Positions 48,501 to 60,948 of a stretch of 64,000 bases of DNA are shown one piece after another. The notes below the pieces were generated by a model. That model was not told where the DNA came from. It saw only the letters and a program-made list of their open reading frames with translations, and searched no databases. The translations under genes were made by a program, and so were the position numbers. Each line of letters opens with the position of its first letter. The first letter of the stretch is position 1. Location: the NCBI GenBank assembly GCA_951406725.2, contig OX597842.1, positions 13,640,001 to 13,704,000 of the forward strand, written 5' to 3'. Source of the stretch: Octopus vulgaris (lineage: Eukaryota).

Positions 48501-51500
48501 TATTCTATCGGTCTCTTTTCTCTTTTACTTGTTTCAGTCATTTGACTGCGGCCATGCTCTAGCACCGCCTTTATTCGAGCAAATCGACCCCGGGACTTAT
48601 TCTTTGTAAGCCTAGTACTTATTCTATCGGTCTCTTTTCTCTTTTACTTGTTTCAGTCATTTGACTGCGGCCATGCTGGAGCACCGCCTTTTAGTCCAGC
48701 AAATCGACCCCGGGACTTATTCTTTGTAAGCCCAGTACTTATTCTATCGGTCTCTTTTCTCTTTTACTTGTTTCAGTCATTTGACTGTGGCCATGCTGGA
48801 GCACCGCCTTTTAGTCCAGCAAATCGACCCCGGGACTTATTCTTTGTAAGCCCAGTACTTATTCTATCGGTCTCTTTTCTCTTTTACTTGTTTCAGTCAT
48901 TTGACTGCGGCCATGCTGGAGCACCGCCTTTAATCGAGCAACTCGACCCAAGGACTTATTCTTTGTAAGCCTAGTACTTATTCTATCGGTCTCTTTTCTC
49001 TTTTACTTGTTTCAGTCATTTGACTGCGGCCATGCTGGAGCACCGCCTTTAGTCGAGCAAATCGACCCCGGGACTTATTCTTTGTAAGCCTAGTACTTAT
49101 TCTATCGGTCTCTTTTCTCTTTTACTTGTTTCAGTCATTTGACTGCGGCCATGCTGGAGCACCGCCTTTTAGTCCAGCAAATCGACCCCGGGACTTATTC
49201 TTTGTAAGCCCAGTACTTATTCTATCGGTCTCTTTTCTCTTTTACTTGTTTCAGTCATTTGACTGCGGCCATGCTGGAGCACCGCCTTTTAGTCCAGCAA
49301 ATCGACCCCGGGACTTATTCTTTGTAAGCCCAGTACTTATTCTATCGGTCTCTTTTCTCTTTTACTTGTTTCAGTCATTTGACTGCGGCCATGCTGGAGC
49401 ACCGCCTTTTAGTCCAGCAAATCGAACCTGGGACTTATTCTTTGTAAGCCCAGTACTTATTCTATCGGTCTCTTTTCTCTTTTACTTGTTTCAGTCATTT
49501 GACTGCGGCCATGCTGGAGCACCGGCTTTAGTCGAGCAAATCGACCCCGGGACTTATTCTTTGTAAGCCTAGTACTTATTCTATCGGTCTCTTTTCTCTT
49601 TTACTTGTTTCAGTCATTTGACTGCGGCCATGCTGGAGCACCGCATTTAGTCGAGTAAATCGAACCCGGGACTTATTCTTTGTAAGCCCAGTACTTATTC
49701 TATCGGTCTCTTTTCTCTTTTACTTGTTTCAGTCATTTGACTGCGGCCATGCTGGAGCACCGCCTTTAGTCGAGCAAATCGACCCCCGGGACTTATTCTT
49801 TGTAAGCCCAGTACTTATTCTATCGGTCTCTTTTCTCTTTTACTTGTTTCAGTCATTTGACTGCGGCCATGCTGGAGCACTGCCTTTAGTCCAGCAAATC
49901 GACCCCGGGACTTATTCTTTGTAAGCCCAGTACTTATTCTATCGGTCTCTTTTCTCTTTTACTTGTTTCAGCCATTTGACTGTGGCCATGCTGGAGCACC
50001 GCCTTTAGTCGAGTAAATCGACCCGGGACTTATTCTTTGTAAGCCCAGTACTTATTCTATCGGTCACTTTTCTCTTTTACTTGTTTCAGTCATTTGACTG
50101 CGGCCATGCTGGAGCATTGCCTTTAGTCGAGCAAATTGACCCCGGGACTTATTCTTTGTAAGCCTAGTACTTATTCTATCGGTCTCTTTTCTCTTTTACT
50201 TGTTTCAGTCATTTGACTGCGGCCATGCTGGAGCACCGCCTTTAGTCGAGCAAATCGACCCCCGGGACTTATTCTTTGTAAGCCTAGTACTTATTCTATC
50301 GGTCTCTTTTCTCTTTTACTTGTTCCAGCCATTTGACTGTGGCCATGCTGGAGCACCGCCTTTAGTCGAGTAAATCGACCCCGGACTAATTCTTTGTAAG
50401 CCCAGTACTTATTCTATCGGTCTCTTTTCTCTTTTACTTGTTTCAGTCATTTGACTGTGGCCATGCTGGAGCACCGCCTTTAGTCGAGTAAATCGACCCC
50501 GGACTTATTCTTTGTAAGCCCAGTACTTATTCTATCGGTCGCTTTTCTCTTTTACTTGTTTCAGCCATTTGACTGTGGCCATGCTGGAGCACCGCCTTTA
50601 GTCGAGTAAATCGACCCCGGACTTATTCTTTGTAAGCCCAGTACTTATTCTATCGGTCTCTTTTCTCTTTTACTTGTTTCAGTCATTTGACTGCGGCCAT
50701 GCTGGAGCACCGCCTTTTAGTCCAGCAAATCGACCCCGGGACTTATTCTTTGTAAGCCTAGTACTTATTCTATCGGTCTCTTTTCTCTTTTACTTGTTTC
50801 AGCCATTTGACTGTGGCCATGCTGGAGCACCGCCTTTAGTCGAGTAAATCGACCCCGGGACTTATTCTTTGTAAGCCCAGTACTTATTCTATCGGTCTCT
50901 TTTCTCTTTACTTGTTTCAGTCATTTGACTGCGGCCATGCTGGAGCACCGCCTTTAGTCGAGCAAATTGACCCCGGGACTTATTCTTTGTAAGCCTAGTA
51001 CTTATTCTATCGGTCTCTTTTCTCTTTTACTTGTTTCAGTCATTTGACTGCGGCCATGCTGGAGCACCGCCTTTATTCGAGCAAATCGACCCCGGGACTT
51101 ATTCTTTGTAAGCCTAGTACTTATTCTATCGGTCTGTTTTCTCTTTTACTTGTTTCAGTCATTTGACTGCGGCCATGCTGGAGCACCGCCTGTAGTCGAG
51201 CAAATCGACCCCGGGACTTATTCTTTGTAAGCCCAGTACTTATTCTATCGGTCTCTTTTCTCTTTTACTTGTTTCAGTCATTTGACTGCGGCCATGCTGG
51301 AGCACCGCCTTTAGTCGAGCAAATCGACCCCGGGACTTATTCTTTGTAAGCCCAGTACTTATTCTATCGGTCTCTTTTCTCTTTTACTTGTTTCAGTCAT
51401 TTGACTGCGGCCATGCTGGAGCACCGCCTTTAGTCGAGCAAATCGACCCCGGGACTTATTCTTTGTAAGCCCAGTACTTATTCTATCGGTCTCTTTTCTC

Positions 51501-53385
51501 TTTACTTGTTTCAGTCATTTGACTGTGCCATGCTGGAGCACCGCCTTTAGTCGAGTAAATCGACCCCGGACTTATTCTTTGTAAGCCCAGTACTTATTCT
51601 ATCGGTCTCTTTTCTCTTTACTTGTTTCAGTCATTTGACTGCGGCCATGCTGGAGCACCGCCTTTTAGTCCAGCAAATCGACCCGGGACTTATTCTTTGT
51701 AAGCCCTAGTACTTATTCTATCGGTCTCTTTTCTCTTTTACTTGTTTCAGTCATTTGACTGTGGCCATGCTGGAGCACCGCCTTTAGTCGAGTAAATCGA
51801 CCCCGGGACTTATTCTTTGTAAGCCCAGTACTTATTCTATCGGTCTCTTTTCTCTTTTACTTGTTTCAGTCATTTGACTGCGGCCATGCTGGAGCACCGC
51901 CTTTAGTCGAGCAAATCGACCCCGGGACTTATTCTTTGTAAGCCCAGTACTTATTCTATCGGTCTCTTTTCTCTTTTACTTGTTTCAGTCATTTGACTGC
52001 GGCCATGCTGGAGCACCGCCTTTTAGTCGAGCAAATCGACCCCGGGACTTATTCTTTGTAAGCCCAGTACTTATTCTATCGGTCTCTTTTCTCTTTTACT
52101 TGTTTCAGTCATTTGACTGCGGCCATGCTGGAGCACCGCCTTTAGTCGAGCAAATCGACCCCGGGACTTATTCTTTGTAAGCCCAGTACTTATTCTATCG
52201 GTCTCTTTTCTCTTTTACTTGTTTCAGTCATTTGACTGTGGCCATGCTGGAGCACCGCCTTTAGTCGAGTAAATCGACCCCGGGACTTATTCTTTGTAAG
52301 CCCAGTACTTATTCTATCGGTCTCTTTTCTCTTTACTTGTTTCAGTCATTTGACTGCGGCCATGCTGGAGCACCGCCTTTAGTCGAGCAAATCGACCCCG
52401 GGACTTATTCTTTGTAAGCCTAGTACTTATTCTATCGGTCTCTTTTTCTCTTTTACTTGTTTCAGTCATTTGACTGCGGCCATGCTGGAGCACCGCCTTT
52501 ATTCGAGCAAATCGACCCCGGGACTTATTCTTTGTAAGCCTAGTACTTATTCTATCGGTCTCTTTTCTCTTTTACTTGTTTCAGTCATTTGACTGCGGCC
52601 ATGCTGGAGCACCGCCTTTTATTCGAGCAAATCGACCCCGGGACTTATTCTTTGTAAGCCTAGTACTTATTCTATCGGTCTCTTTTTCTCTCTTTTTCAG
52701 TCATTTCTTTACTTGTTTCAGTCATTCTTTGTAAGCCTAGTACTTATTCTATCGGTCTCTTTTCTCTTTTACTCTTTTACTTGTTTGCGGCCATGCTGGA
52801 GCACCGCCTTTAGTCGAGCAAATCGACCCCGGGACTTATTCTTTGTAAGCCTAGTACTTATTCTATCGGTCTCTTTTCTCTTTTCTCTTTTACTTGTTTC
52901 AGTCATTTGTGCTTTTACTTGTTTCAGCCTGTGGCCATGCTGGAGCACCGCCTTTAGTCGAGCAAATCGACCCCGGGACTTATTCTTTGTAAGCCTAGTA
53001 CTTATTCTATCGGTCTCTTTTTTTTCTTGTTTCTTTTACTTGTTTCAGTCATTTGACTGCGGCCATGCTAGAGTCACCGCCTTTAATCGAGCAAATCGAC
53101 CCCGGGACTTATTCTTTGTAAGCCCAGTACTTATACTATCGGTCTCTTTCTCTTTTACTTGTTTCAGTCATTTGACAGTGGCCATGCTGGAGCACCGCCT
53201 TTAGTCGAGCAAATCGACCCCGGGACTTATTCTTTGTAAGCCCAGTACTTATTCTATCGGTCTCTTTTACTCTTTTACTTGTTTCAGTCATTTGACTGCG
53301 GCCATGCTGGAGCACCGCCTTTAGTCGAGTAGATCGACCCCGGGACTTATTCTTTTGTAAGCCTTGTACTTATTCTATCGGTCTT
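33545..53385 (-). repeat. About 19.8-kb tandem array of a 119/120-bp unit derived from the SINE C 3' tail (roughly 165 copies by length)
   Basis: The unit is the reverse complement of the family C tail (compare 5888-6010); the array runs directly into the rest of a family C copy at about 53385. Confidence 0.97.
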
Positions 53386-53620
53386 TTGCCGAACCGCTAA
53401 GTGACGGGGACGTAAACACACCAGCATCGGTTGTCAAGCGATGTTGGGGGGGGGGGGACAAACACAAACACACAAACACACAAACAGATATATACATATA
53501 TACGACGGGCTTCTTTCGGTTTCCGTCTACCAAATCCACTCACAAGGCTTTGGTCGGCCCGAGGCTATAGTAGAAGACACTTGCCCAAGGTGCCATGCAG
53601 TGGGACTGAACCTGGAACCG
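53386..53620 (-). mobile_element. Body of the SINE C whose tail seeds the array
   Basis: ttttgccgaaccgctaagtgac...gggactgaacctggaacc. Confidence 0.88.
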
Positions 53621-54044
53621 TTCTGGATACTTAAATAATTACAAACAGATATAGACATCCTCTCGGTCGTCTCATCTTACACTCAGTGGAGCAACAAGGA
53701 TTAGACATTTTAACGGAGTGACGGTGACCAACATTAGGCTGATACTCATTTGCAGCTGAGTAGACTGGAGCAACGTGAAATGAAGTGCCTTGTTCAAGAA
53801 CTCAAGGTGCTAGTCTGTCTAGGAATCGAACCCACAAGAGGTGTGATCTCTTCCTTTTTCTTTCTCCGAAAAACATGGCTATACTCAGAGTGGGACGTAT
53901 GAAGTACGTGTCCTGGAGTTAACTTGGAAGCAATCAGTTGTGCCTCTTAACATCAGGAACAATAAAAGCATGAGCAAAGGACGAAACTCTAGAGGGTTTA
54001 TTTATCTTGGAAAGAGGGACTGGGCATATAAGATTGTGCGGGAT

Positions 54045-54482
54045 ACTCTTTTACTATTTTACTCTTTTACTCTTTTACTTGTTTCAGTCATTTGACTGCG
54101 GCCATGCTGGAGCACCGCCTTTTAATCGAGCAACTCGACCCCGGGACTTATTCTTTTGTAAGCCCAGTACTTATTCTATCGGTCTCTTTTGCCGAACCAC
54201 TAAGTAACGGAGGCCATAAACACACCAGCATCGGTTGTCAAGCAATGCTAGGGGGACAAACACAGACACACAAACACACACACGCATTTATATACATATA
54301 TATATATGTACATATATACGACGGGCTTCTTTCAGTTTCCGTCTACCAAATCCACTCACAAGGCTTTGGTCGGCCCGAGGCTATAGTAGAAGACACTTGC
54401 CCAAGGTGCCACGCAGTGGGACTGAACCCGGAACCATGTGGTTGGTAAACAAGCTACTTACTACACAGCCACTCCTGCGCCC
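54045..54482 (-). mobile_element. Full SINE family C
   Basis: Reverse complement of the family C consensus seen in this window. Confidence 0.88.
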
Positions 54483-55969
54483 ATAGGATATGAACGGTGA
54501 GCAATGACCAAAAGGCATTGGTAGGGATGAGAAAGGGTAAGTGGTATGAAAACATCCAGGTCCAAGGTGTAGAAGCTACAGTCTTAGAAGTCAGGGGGGG
54601 AAGTACATTTGGGGTCTAGAGCTAGGAAAGGTTTGACGAGCAGCTTCATACCAAACTGTCAAGTGAAGTTTAGAAGGATGTCATCCAGGGCATCTGCTTT
54701 CTGCCATGAAGCTTTTCACACACACACACACACCAGTGCATGGTAGGGTATCACTGATGAACTACAATTTGCGGAAGAACTAATTAAATGGGGGCAATAC
54801 TAAATCTCTGAACGAGATGTAAACAATAACCGGTCGACAACGTAAAGAATACTTGCCATCTCAATATGGCTAACCACTAAGGGTGGGTGTTACTGTAGCT
54901 TTTAGCCCCAGGAGAACATCGTCTCCAGCTGGCTTTAGACACACTTTAGACACATTTTCTTGAGTTATGTACATTGCTAAATCAGATATTCTTATCCAAT
55001 ATTTCAATATTCAAATACGCAAAAAACACCTTCCTATCCTTACGGGTGCATACATAAATAAATACATACATACACAATATATACATACATGTATTCGTAG
55101 ATGCATGCATATAAGAGGAAAGAAGAGAAGAATAGTTACTTTTAAACATGTAATAGAAATATTATAGTTTTCTCAAGAACTGTTTACATTTTCTTGCTTG
55201 TATTTTGTTTGGAACAGTAAATTTCTCAAGTGCTTCAACAAAAATGTTTGCCTCTTCAGCATTTCATTTTCAGAATGAAGCTACGTTGAGGTGTATTGTT
55301 GTCTTCTTTTATGTGAGCAGGTTAAAAGCGAAAGTTTGATAATCAGATTTATATTCCACCATTAGGTGTTATTTAAGTGTCAGTTATCTGTGTATTTATT
55401 TTAGCATTGTCCTGTTATGGATTTTGCCTCCATCATTTACTGCCTGTTTTTGTGTTTCATTCTGTGTGACATTGCTACTGATTTTCATTGTATTTCAATG
55501 AAGAGTAGTTACAATAAACTACATCCTACTGTACAAGACCGAACTAGATAGGAAAACTTTATCAAAAAGGTACAGTATGGCTAGTATTCTTTACGTTAAT
55601 TAAATGGGATTGTCCATGTAATTTGAAGTCAAAATCTATCTTATAGACATTTTAAAAAATCAGAAAGAAGGGAGATAACTTCAATATCATCTGATCAAAA
55701 ACTTTGGAAGCATAGTCCGTTGCTCAGTGACATCAGATAGCAAGATTCGCAGTGGTGGCCACGAGTGGAATCAGGATCACTGAACGGCATACTCTGATGT
55801 TAAGTTTTAATGATCTTCAGATATTCTTATCTCCTAAGATCTTTCTATTTCAACAATTAAATTTGAAAGTATGGGCAGTCGTCCTTAAAGTCACTGGACC
55901 TGAATGTTGCACAAAATTGGTCTGAAAGTAACAGCTTCCTACTGCGAAAGGGCTGTCCTCAAGCTAGTG

Positions 55970-56184
55970 CAGTGGTTTTCAACCAGGGTTCCGCGGAATC
56001 TTAGGGTTCCGCCAGTACAGTCCAGGGGTTCCGCAAGAAGTTACAAAACTGCTAAAACCGGCAGTAATTTTTAATTCTCCTGCGCAGATATGTGTGCATA
56101 AGACAAATTATTGCACAGGGGTTCCCCGAGCCAGTGAAATGTTTCCTTGGGGTTCCGCTCCAGCAAAACGTTTGAAAAGCACTG
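55970..56184. mobile_element. hAT-type MITE
   Basis: TIRs cagtggttttcaa / ttgaaaagcactg; 8-bp TSD agctagtg at 55962-55969 and 56185-56192. Confidence 0.88.
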
Positions 56185-56441
56185 AGCTAGTGGTTGTGTA
56201 TGTCACAACGGGTACTGGACGGTTCGACTTCTCCTGATCTCTGGGAGCTTCCTTGATTTTTACAAGGGAAATTTCGAGCTGAATTTTAGACACAAGACAG
56301 GGCTGGGTAAATGTAACGGAACGAAGAAGTTACAGAGTGGAAACATCTTTTTTGTATATAATCATATATTTTCATTTTTATTTCCATGACTTGAGTAGTT
56401 AATTTCGACCCTTTATTTTGATCATTATCTTTTATGAAGGA

Positions 56442-56822
56442 CTAGCAGTATCGCCCGGCGTTGCTCAGGTTTGTAAGGGAAATAACTATAAAGCATTTTC
56501 AGAGAGTTATAGCCAAAAAATAGCAAAAAAATGGAAAAAAAATTATGGTAAATTTTTTTTGAGTTAAAAAAGGTCGAGTTGCGTCCCCTAGACAGTCTGT
56601 GGTTTGTGTTTCTGATTCTTGACCCCATGTCGAATTTATCGATTTTTTTCAGAACTGGGGGAACTTTTCAAAATTTTCGCTGCGTTAGTTTTGAATTATG
56701 ACATTGGGCTATGTGTGTGTCAAGTTTCATCAGAATCGGTTGAAAGCCGTGGTCAGGGTGAGGGTACAACCAAACAGACACACAGAAACACATACAGACA
56801 AACTGCCGTTTATATAGAGAGA
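56442..56822 (-). mobile_element. Non-autonomous Helitron-like element, complete
   Basis: A|CTAG...GA|T; reverse complement of 27067-27436. Confidence 0.8.
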
Positions 56823-56959
56823 TTACGGTGTGCTTGTTGAATGGAGCTTGCAATCCTGACTGTTCGTACATTTTGCGCGAAAAATTCACAGTACAAGTTC
56901 TCCGACAAAAATCTTTGGCTGAATTATACGATTCTTACAGCTATTTGTCATTTTGTGTA

Positions 56960-57343
56960 GTGGAGGCGCAATGGCCCAGTGGTTAGGGCAGCGGACTCGC
57001 GGTCATAGGATCGCGGTTTCGATTCCCAGACCGGGCGTTGTGAGTGTTTATTGAGCGAAAACACCTAAAGCTCCACGCGGCTGCGGCAGGGGATGGTGGT
57101 GATCCCTGCTGTACTCTTTCGCCACAACTTTCTCTCACTCTTACTTCCTGTTTCTGTTGTACCTGTATTTCAAAGGGCCGGTCTTGTCACTCTCTGTGTC
57201 ACGCTGAATATCCCCGAGAACTACGTTAAGGGTACACGTGTCTGTGGAGTGCTCAGCCACTTACACGTTAATTTCACGAGCAGGCTGTTCCGTTGATTCG
57301 GATCAACCGGAACCCTCGTCGTCGTAACCGACGGAGTGCTTCC
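56960..57343 (+). mobile_element. SINE family A
   Basis: A and B boxes; tgtcattttgtgt on both flanks (TSD). Confidence 0.9.
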
Positions 57344-57346
57344 ATG

Positions 57347-57396
<50 letters not shown>

Positions 57397-57718
57397 TGTT
57401 TATGTGACATGAGAACGTTGTATATTATCGGCATTTATAACACATCATTTAGCCGTTCAAGAATTTGGACCTGGAGATCTCCATTTCCCCCGATTTCGAG
57501 AGCCACCTCCCAGTGGTGTCGGGCGTCAACGAAGAGGCCTCGACTACAAGACGACCAAAGTTTTTTTTTCCAAGGTCCGGGGTCTCCTGCCCCTAAGCCC
57601 TAGACCATCACCTAATCACCCTTACCCGTCTTGTTGCTTAACGAACAACAACACATCATTTAAATGCAGTAAATATCAATAAATTTTACAGGGGATTATC
57701 TATGCGCTTATCTTTCAT

Positions 57719-58237
57719 CATTCGCTAGACAAAACTTGCCTCTCTACTCTCACTTTCCTCTTCAAGTGATACTTGAAGAAGTTGATGAGGGATTGACCAG
57801 AGAGGAAAGTGTTTGTCTCTAATCCTTTCAGGCGCGTCCACCAGATACATTCTTTCGTCATAGCCACAAGGATGATAAAAATAGCTCTTCCTTCCCGTTT
57901 GAAGGAAGGAGGCGTGACAATATTGACGATAGACTCGGCTGATAAACCGACACGTCCCACACGTGACAGCAGTTGTTCGACATAAGCCCACAGGTCGGAA
58001 ATTGTTGGACACTGCACGAGTGCGTGCAGAACGGTTTCGTTGCTCTGACCGCATTTCGGGCACGTCGGCCCCGTGTTTCTCGAGCCATGTCTATAGAGCT
58101 TATCCCGAACGGTAGCGCTTCTCAATAACACTGCCAGGCCAGGGATCTCTGGAAGTTGTCCATAGGTCCCGGCCCGAAAGTCGTCTTGAACAGGCGGGTC
58201 AGGTATTCCTCGTCGACGCCCAGATTCACTCCGAGAT
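57719..58237 (-). mobile_element. Inverted 519-bp fragment of LINE ORF2 C-terminus
   Basis: Reverse complement of 59569-60087; encodes the CPKC...H...C zinc knuckle. Confidence 0.9.
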
Positions 58238-58340
58238 TTCCTTCTTACCTTTTTGATAATTTTAATAGCAATGATTGGACGTTTTTTTATCATCTTAAAT
58301 ATCTCCTGTGTTGTTATGATTTCTGTGTTTACCGTTACAG

Positions 58341-58524
58341 CCTGTTTGCCGCCGCGAATTATCATTGGACGGTGTTACATTGAAGTTTGAAAAATCCTGC
58401 AGCACATACAGAAAATGCCTTGAAGATATCAGAAACAATACCTTTACCTGCAACAAATGGACCAGTGGTACCTCTTGCGTTGCTTGTTGCACCGGAAACT
58501 TATGCAACAAGAACAATTTCACTG
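58341..58524 (+). CDS. Exon 10: C-terminal half of the Ly6/uPAR domain (PVCRREL...CVACCTGNLCNKNNFT)
   Basis: ttacag| 184 bp |gtaagt, phase 0-1; CCxxxxCN signature of three-finger LU domains. Confidence 0.92.
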
Positions 58525-58565
58525 GTAAGTGTTGTTTACTTTTTGATATAAATATACCTGATTTA

Positions 58566-58780
58566 TTTACTACCCACAAGAGGGGACAAATAAGGACAGA
58601 CAAACGGATTAAGTCGATTATATCGACCCCAGCACTTAACTGGTACTTAATTTATCAACCCCGAAAGGATGAAAGGCCGAAGTCGACCTCGGCGGAATTT
58701 GAACTCAGAACGTAGCGGCAGACGAAATACGGCAACGCATTTCGCCCGGCGTGCTAACGTTTCTGCCAGCTCGCCGCCTT
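58566..58780 (-). mobile_element. SINE family B (further copies at about 59050-59262 and 62450-62600)
   Basis: Long TSD gatataaatatacctgatttatt on both flanks. Confidence 0.88.
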
Positions 58781-59456
58781 GATATAAATATACCTGATTT
58801 ATTAAAGATGTGTCGTCAAAAACATTAAAATAGCAAATGTATAATATTTTACCCACATACATATGCACACACACACACACACACACACGTGTGTGTGAAT
58901 AAAAATCCATAGTAAATTTACCGACATCGCGAATTCAACTCACTCTCCATAACCGACAAAAAAATTTAATCGGTTTTCAAAACTTACTGAGTTCTCATCA
59001 AACGTGTATTAATAACATAAGGAATCCCAGAGAAGCAAATAACCATTATTATTTCTTTACTACCCACGAGGGGCAAAACACAGAGAGGACAAACAAGGAC
59101 AGACAAACGGATTAAGTCGATTATATCGACTCCAGTGCGTAACTGGTACTTATTTAATCGACCCCGAAAGGATGAAAGGCAAAGTCGACCTCAGCGGAAT
59201 TTGAACTCACAACGTAACGGCAGACGAAATACCGTTAACGTGTTAACGTTTCTGCCAGCTCGACATTCTATATACATAACAAATGCAGAAGTTTTACAGA
59301 ACTTGAGCTACTAATTTTTAAATTTTTTTCCAAGCCCCTTTTAACTCTGTCGTCCTTCTGCGGTTAGCGACAAACAAAATGTAATCGTGTGGTGTCCATG
59401 CGTTTGTCAGTTGTAAATGAATCCGCTGTCAGCTTCCTTCATCTCATTAAACCAAC

Positions 59457-60505
59457 CGCGAGTGTCGCGCTGCTCTCAAGCAACCATGCCGTCCCGAGTC
59501 GACCTTGAGCGACTTTAACACAACCAAAGCATTCTATAGGGTATTAGTGGAGGGGAGGTATGACGACGATCTTGGAGTGAACCTGGGCGTCGACGAGGAA
59601 TACCTGACCCGCCTGTTCAAGACGACTTTCGGGCCGGGACCTATGGACAACTTCCAGAGATCCCTGGCTTGGCAGTGTTATTGAGAAGCGCTCCCGTTCG
59701 GGATAAGCTCTATAGACATGGCTCGAGAAACACGGGGCCGACGTGCCCGAAATGCGGTCACAGCAACGAAACCGTTCTGCACGCACTCGTGCAGTGTCCA
59801 ACAATTTCCGACCTGTGGGCTTATGTCGAACAACTACTGTCACGTGTGGGACGAGTCGGTTTATCAGCCGAGTCTATCGTCAATATTGTCACGCCTCCTT
59901 CCTTCAAACGGGAAGGAAGAGCTATTTTCACCATCCTTGTGGATATGACGAAAGAATGTATCTGGTGGACGCGCCTGAAAGGATTAGAGACAAACACTTT
60001 CCTCTCTGGTCAATCTCTCATCAACTTCTTCAAGTATCACTTGAAGAGGAAAGTGAGAGTAGAGAGGCAAGTTTTGTCTAGCGAATGTTTAAAAAAAAGA
60101 TGGGTGAATGTAGCAAGGATGGCACGTATGAATGACGAAGCCACCTTGAGCATAATCCTATGAACCCGGAAAAATTTAAAACAGAGTTACTTACTTGCTA
60201 ATAAATGTGTTAACATGTGACATTATCGACCGAGGTTACCGTGGTCTTTTCCGTAGTCTTTTCTTTCCACGGATAAGCCTTATCTGCTTTTCTCTTTACA
60301 CTTTACATCATGGCATTTCTATGATACACGATCCCTATTGATCGTTGTTTTTTCTCTCTCTTTTTACGATCCCTTTTGATCGAAAACCTACCCCGCTTTT
60401 AGTTTTTTCTTTTCCTTTTTCTTTAATCCCCTCCCCTCCAAGAAAAGCTCTCCTTTGTAATTTATCCCCTCTGTGTTCAGCCCTGTGTGGCTAATAAAGA
60501 AACAT
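59457..60505 (+). mobile_element. 5'-truncated LINE (L1/Tx1-like ORF2 C-terminus plus 3' UTR), inactive
   Basis: ...TTKAFYRVLV...FQRSLAWQCY*EAL / VRDKLYRHGSRNTGPTCPKCGHSNETVLHALVQCP...; stop at 60161-60163, 3' UTR ending aataaagaaa. Clade assignment is from the zf-RVT-like pattern only. Confidence 0.82.
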
Positions 60506-60603
60506 ATTATATAGATAATTATATTTATATCTTCATGGTATCTATGAGATGTCTCTCATTTATTAAAGCAATGGTTCTTTTCTATTTTTATATCCTTCCA
60601 TAG

Positions 60604-60680
60604 GTTCGAATAACTCCTTTGTATTTCATCTGATTTTCAATTCGATTTTGAAGAAGTCCAATGAAGACATAGCTAGAAGC
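60604..60680 (+). CDS. Exon 11 (SNNSFVFHLIFNSILKKSNEDIARS)
   Basis: ccatag| 77 bp |gtgagt, phase 1-0; open and phase-compatible with exons 10 and 12. Confidence 0.75.
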
Positions 60681-60948
60681 GTGAGTAGTAATTTTCTCCT
60701 GCGCTTGCACGCACACACGCACGCACACATACATGGATATAGAGCTAACAGACGAGATCGAGAGATTCTCAGAACAGAAGAGACTTATCAGCGCTCGGAT
60801 GATTTGATCCTACACTCCGAAGTCTTTAGCATGGCTCGGATCAGCGGGGTAAAGTGTGGGTATAAGGCGAATTCAAGGGCAGCAGATTTGGAATCAATGA
60901 TGCAAATGAACAAATAAAACAGAATACACACACACACACACACACATA

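Noticed and set aside
33545-53385. CRISPR-like array or repeat protein (FQSFDCGHAGAPP ORFs)
   Set aside because: Units are contiguous with no unique spacers, there are no cas genes, the context is eukaryotic, and the unit is a SINE tail with frequent frame-breaking indels.
57718-58365. 215-aa minus-strand ORF as a host gene
   Set aside because: Chimeric reading of intron sequence plus an inverted dead LINE fragment.
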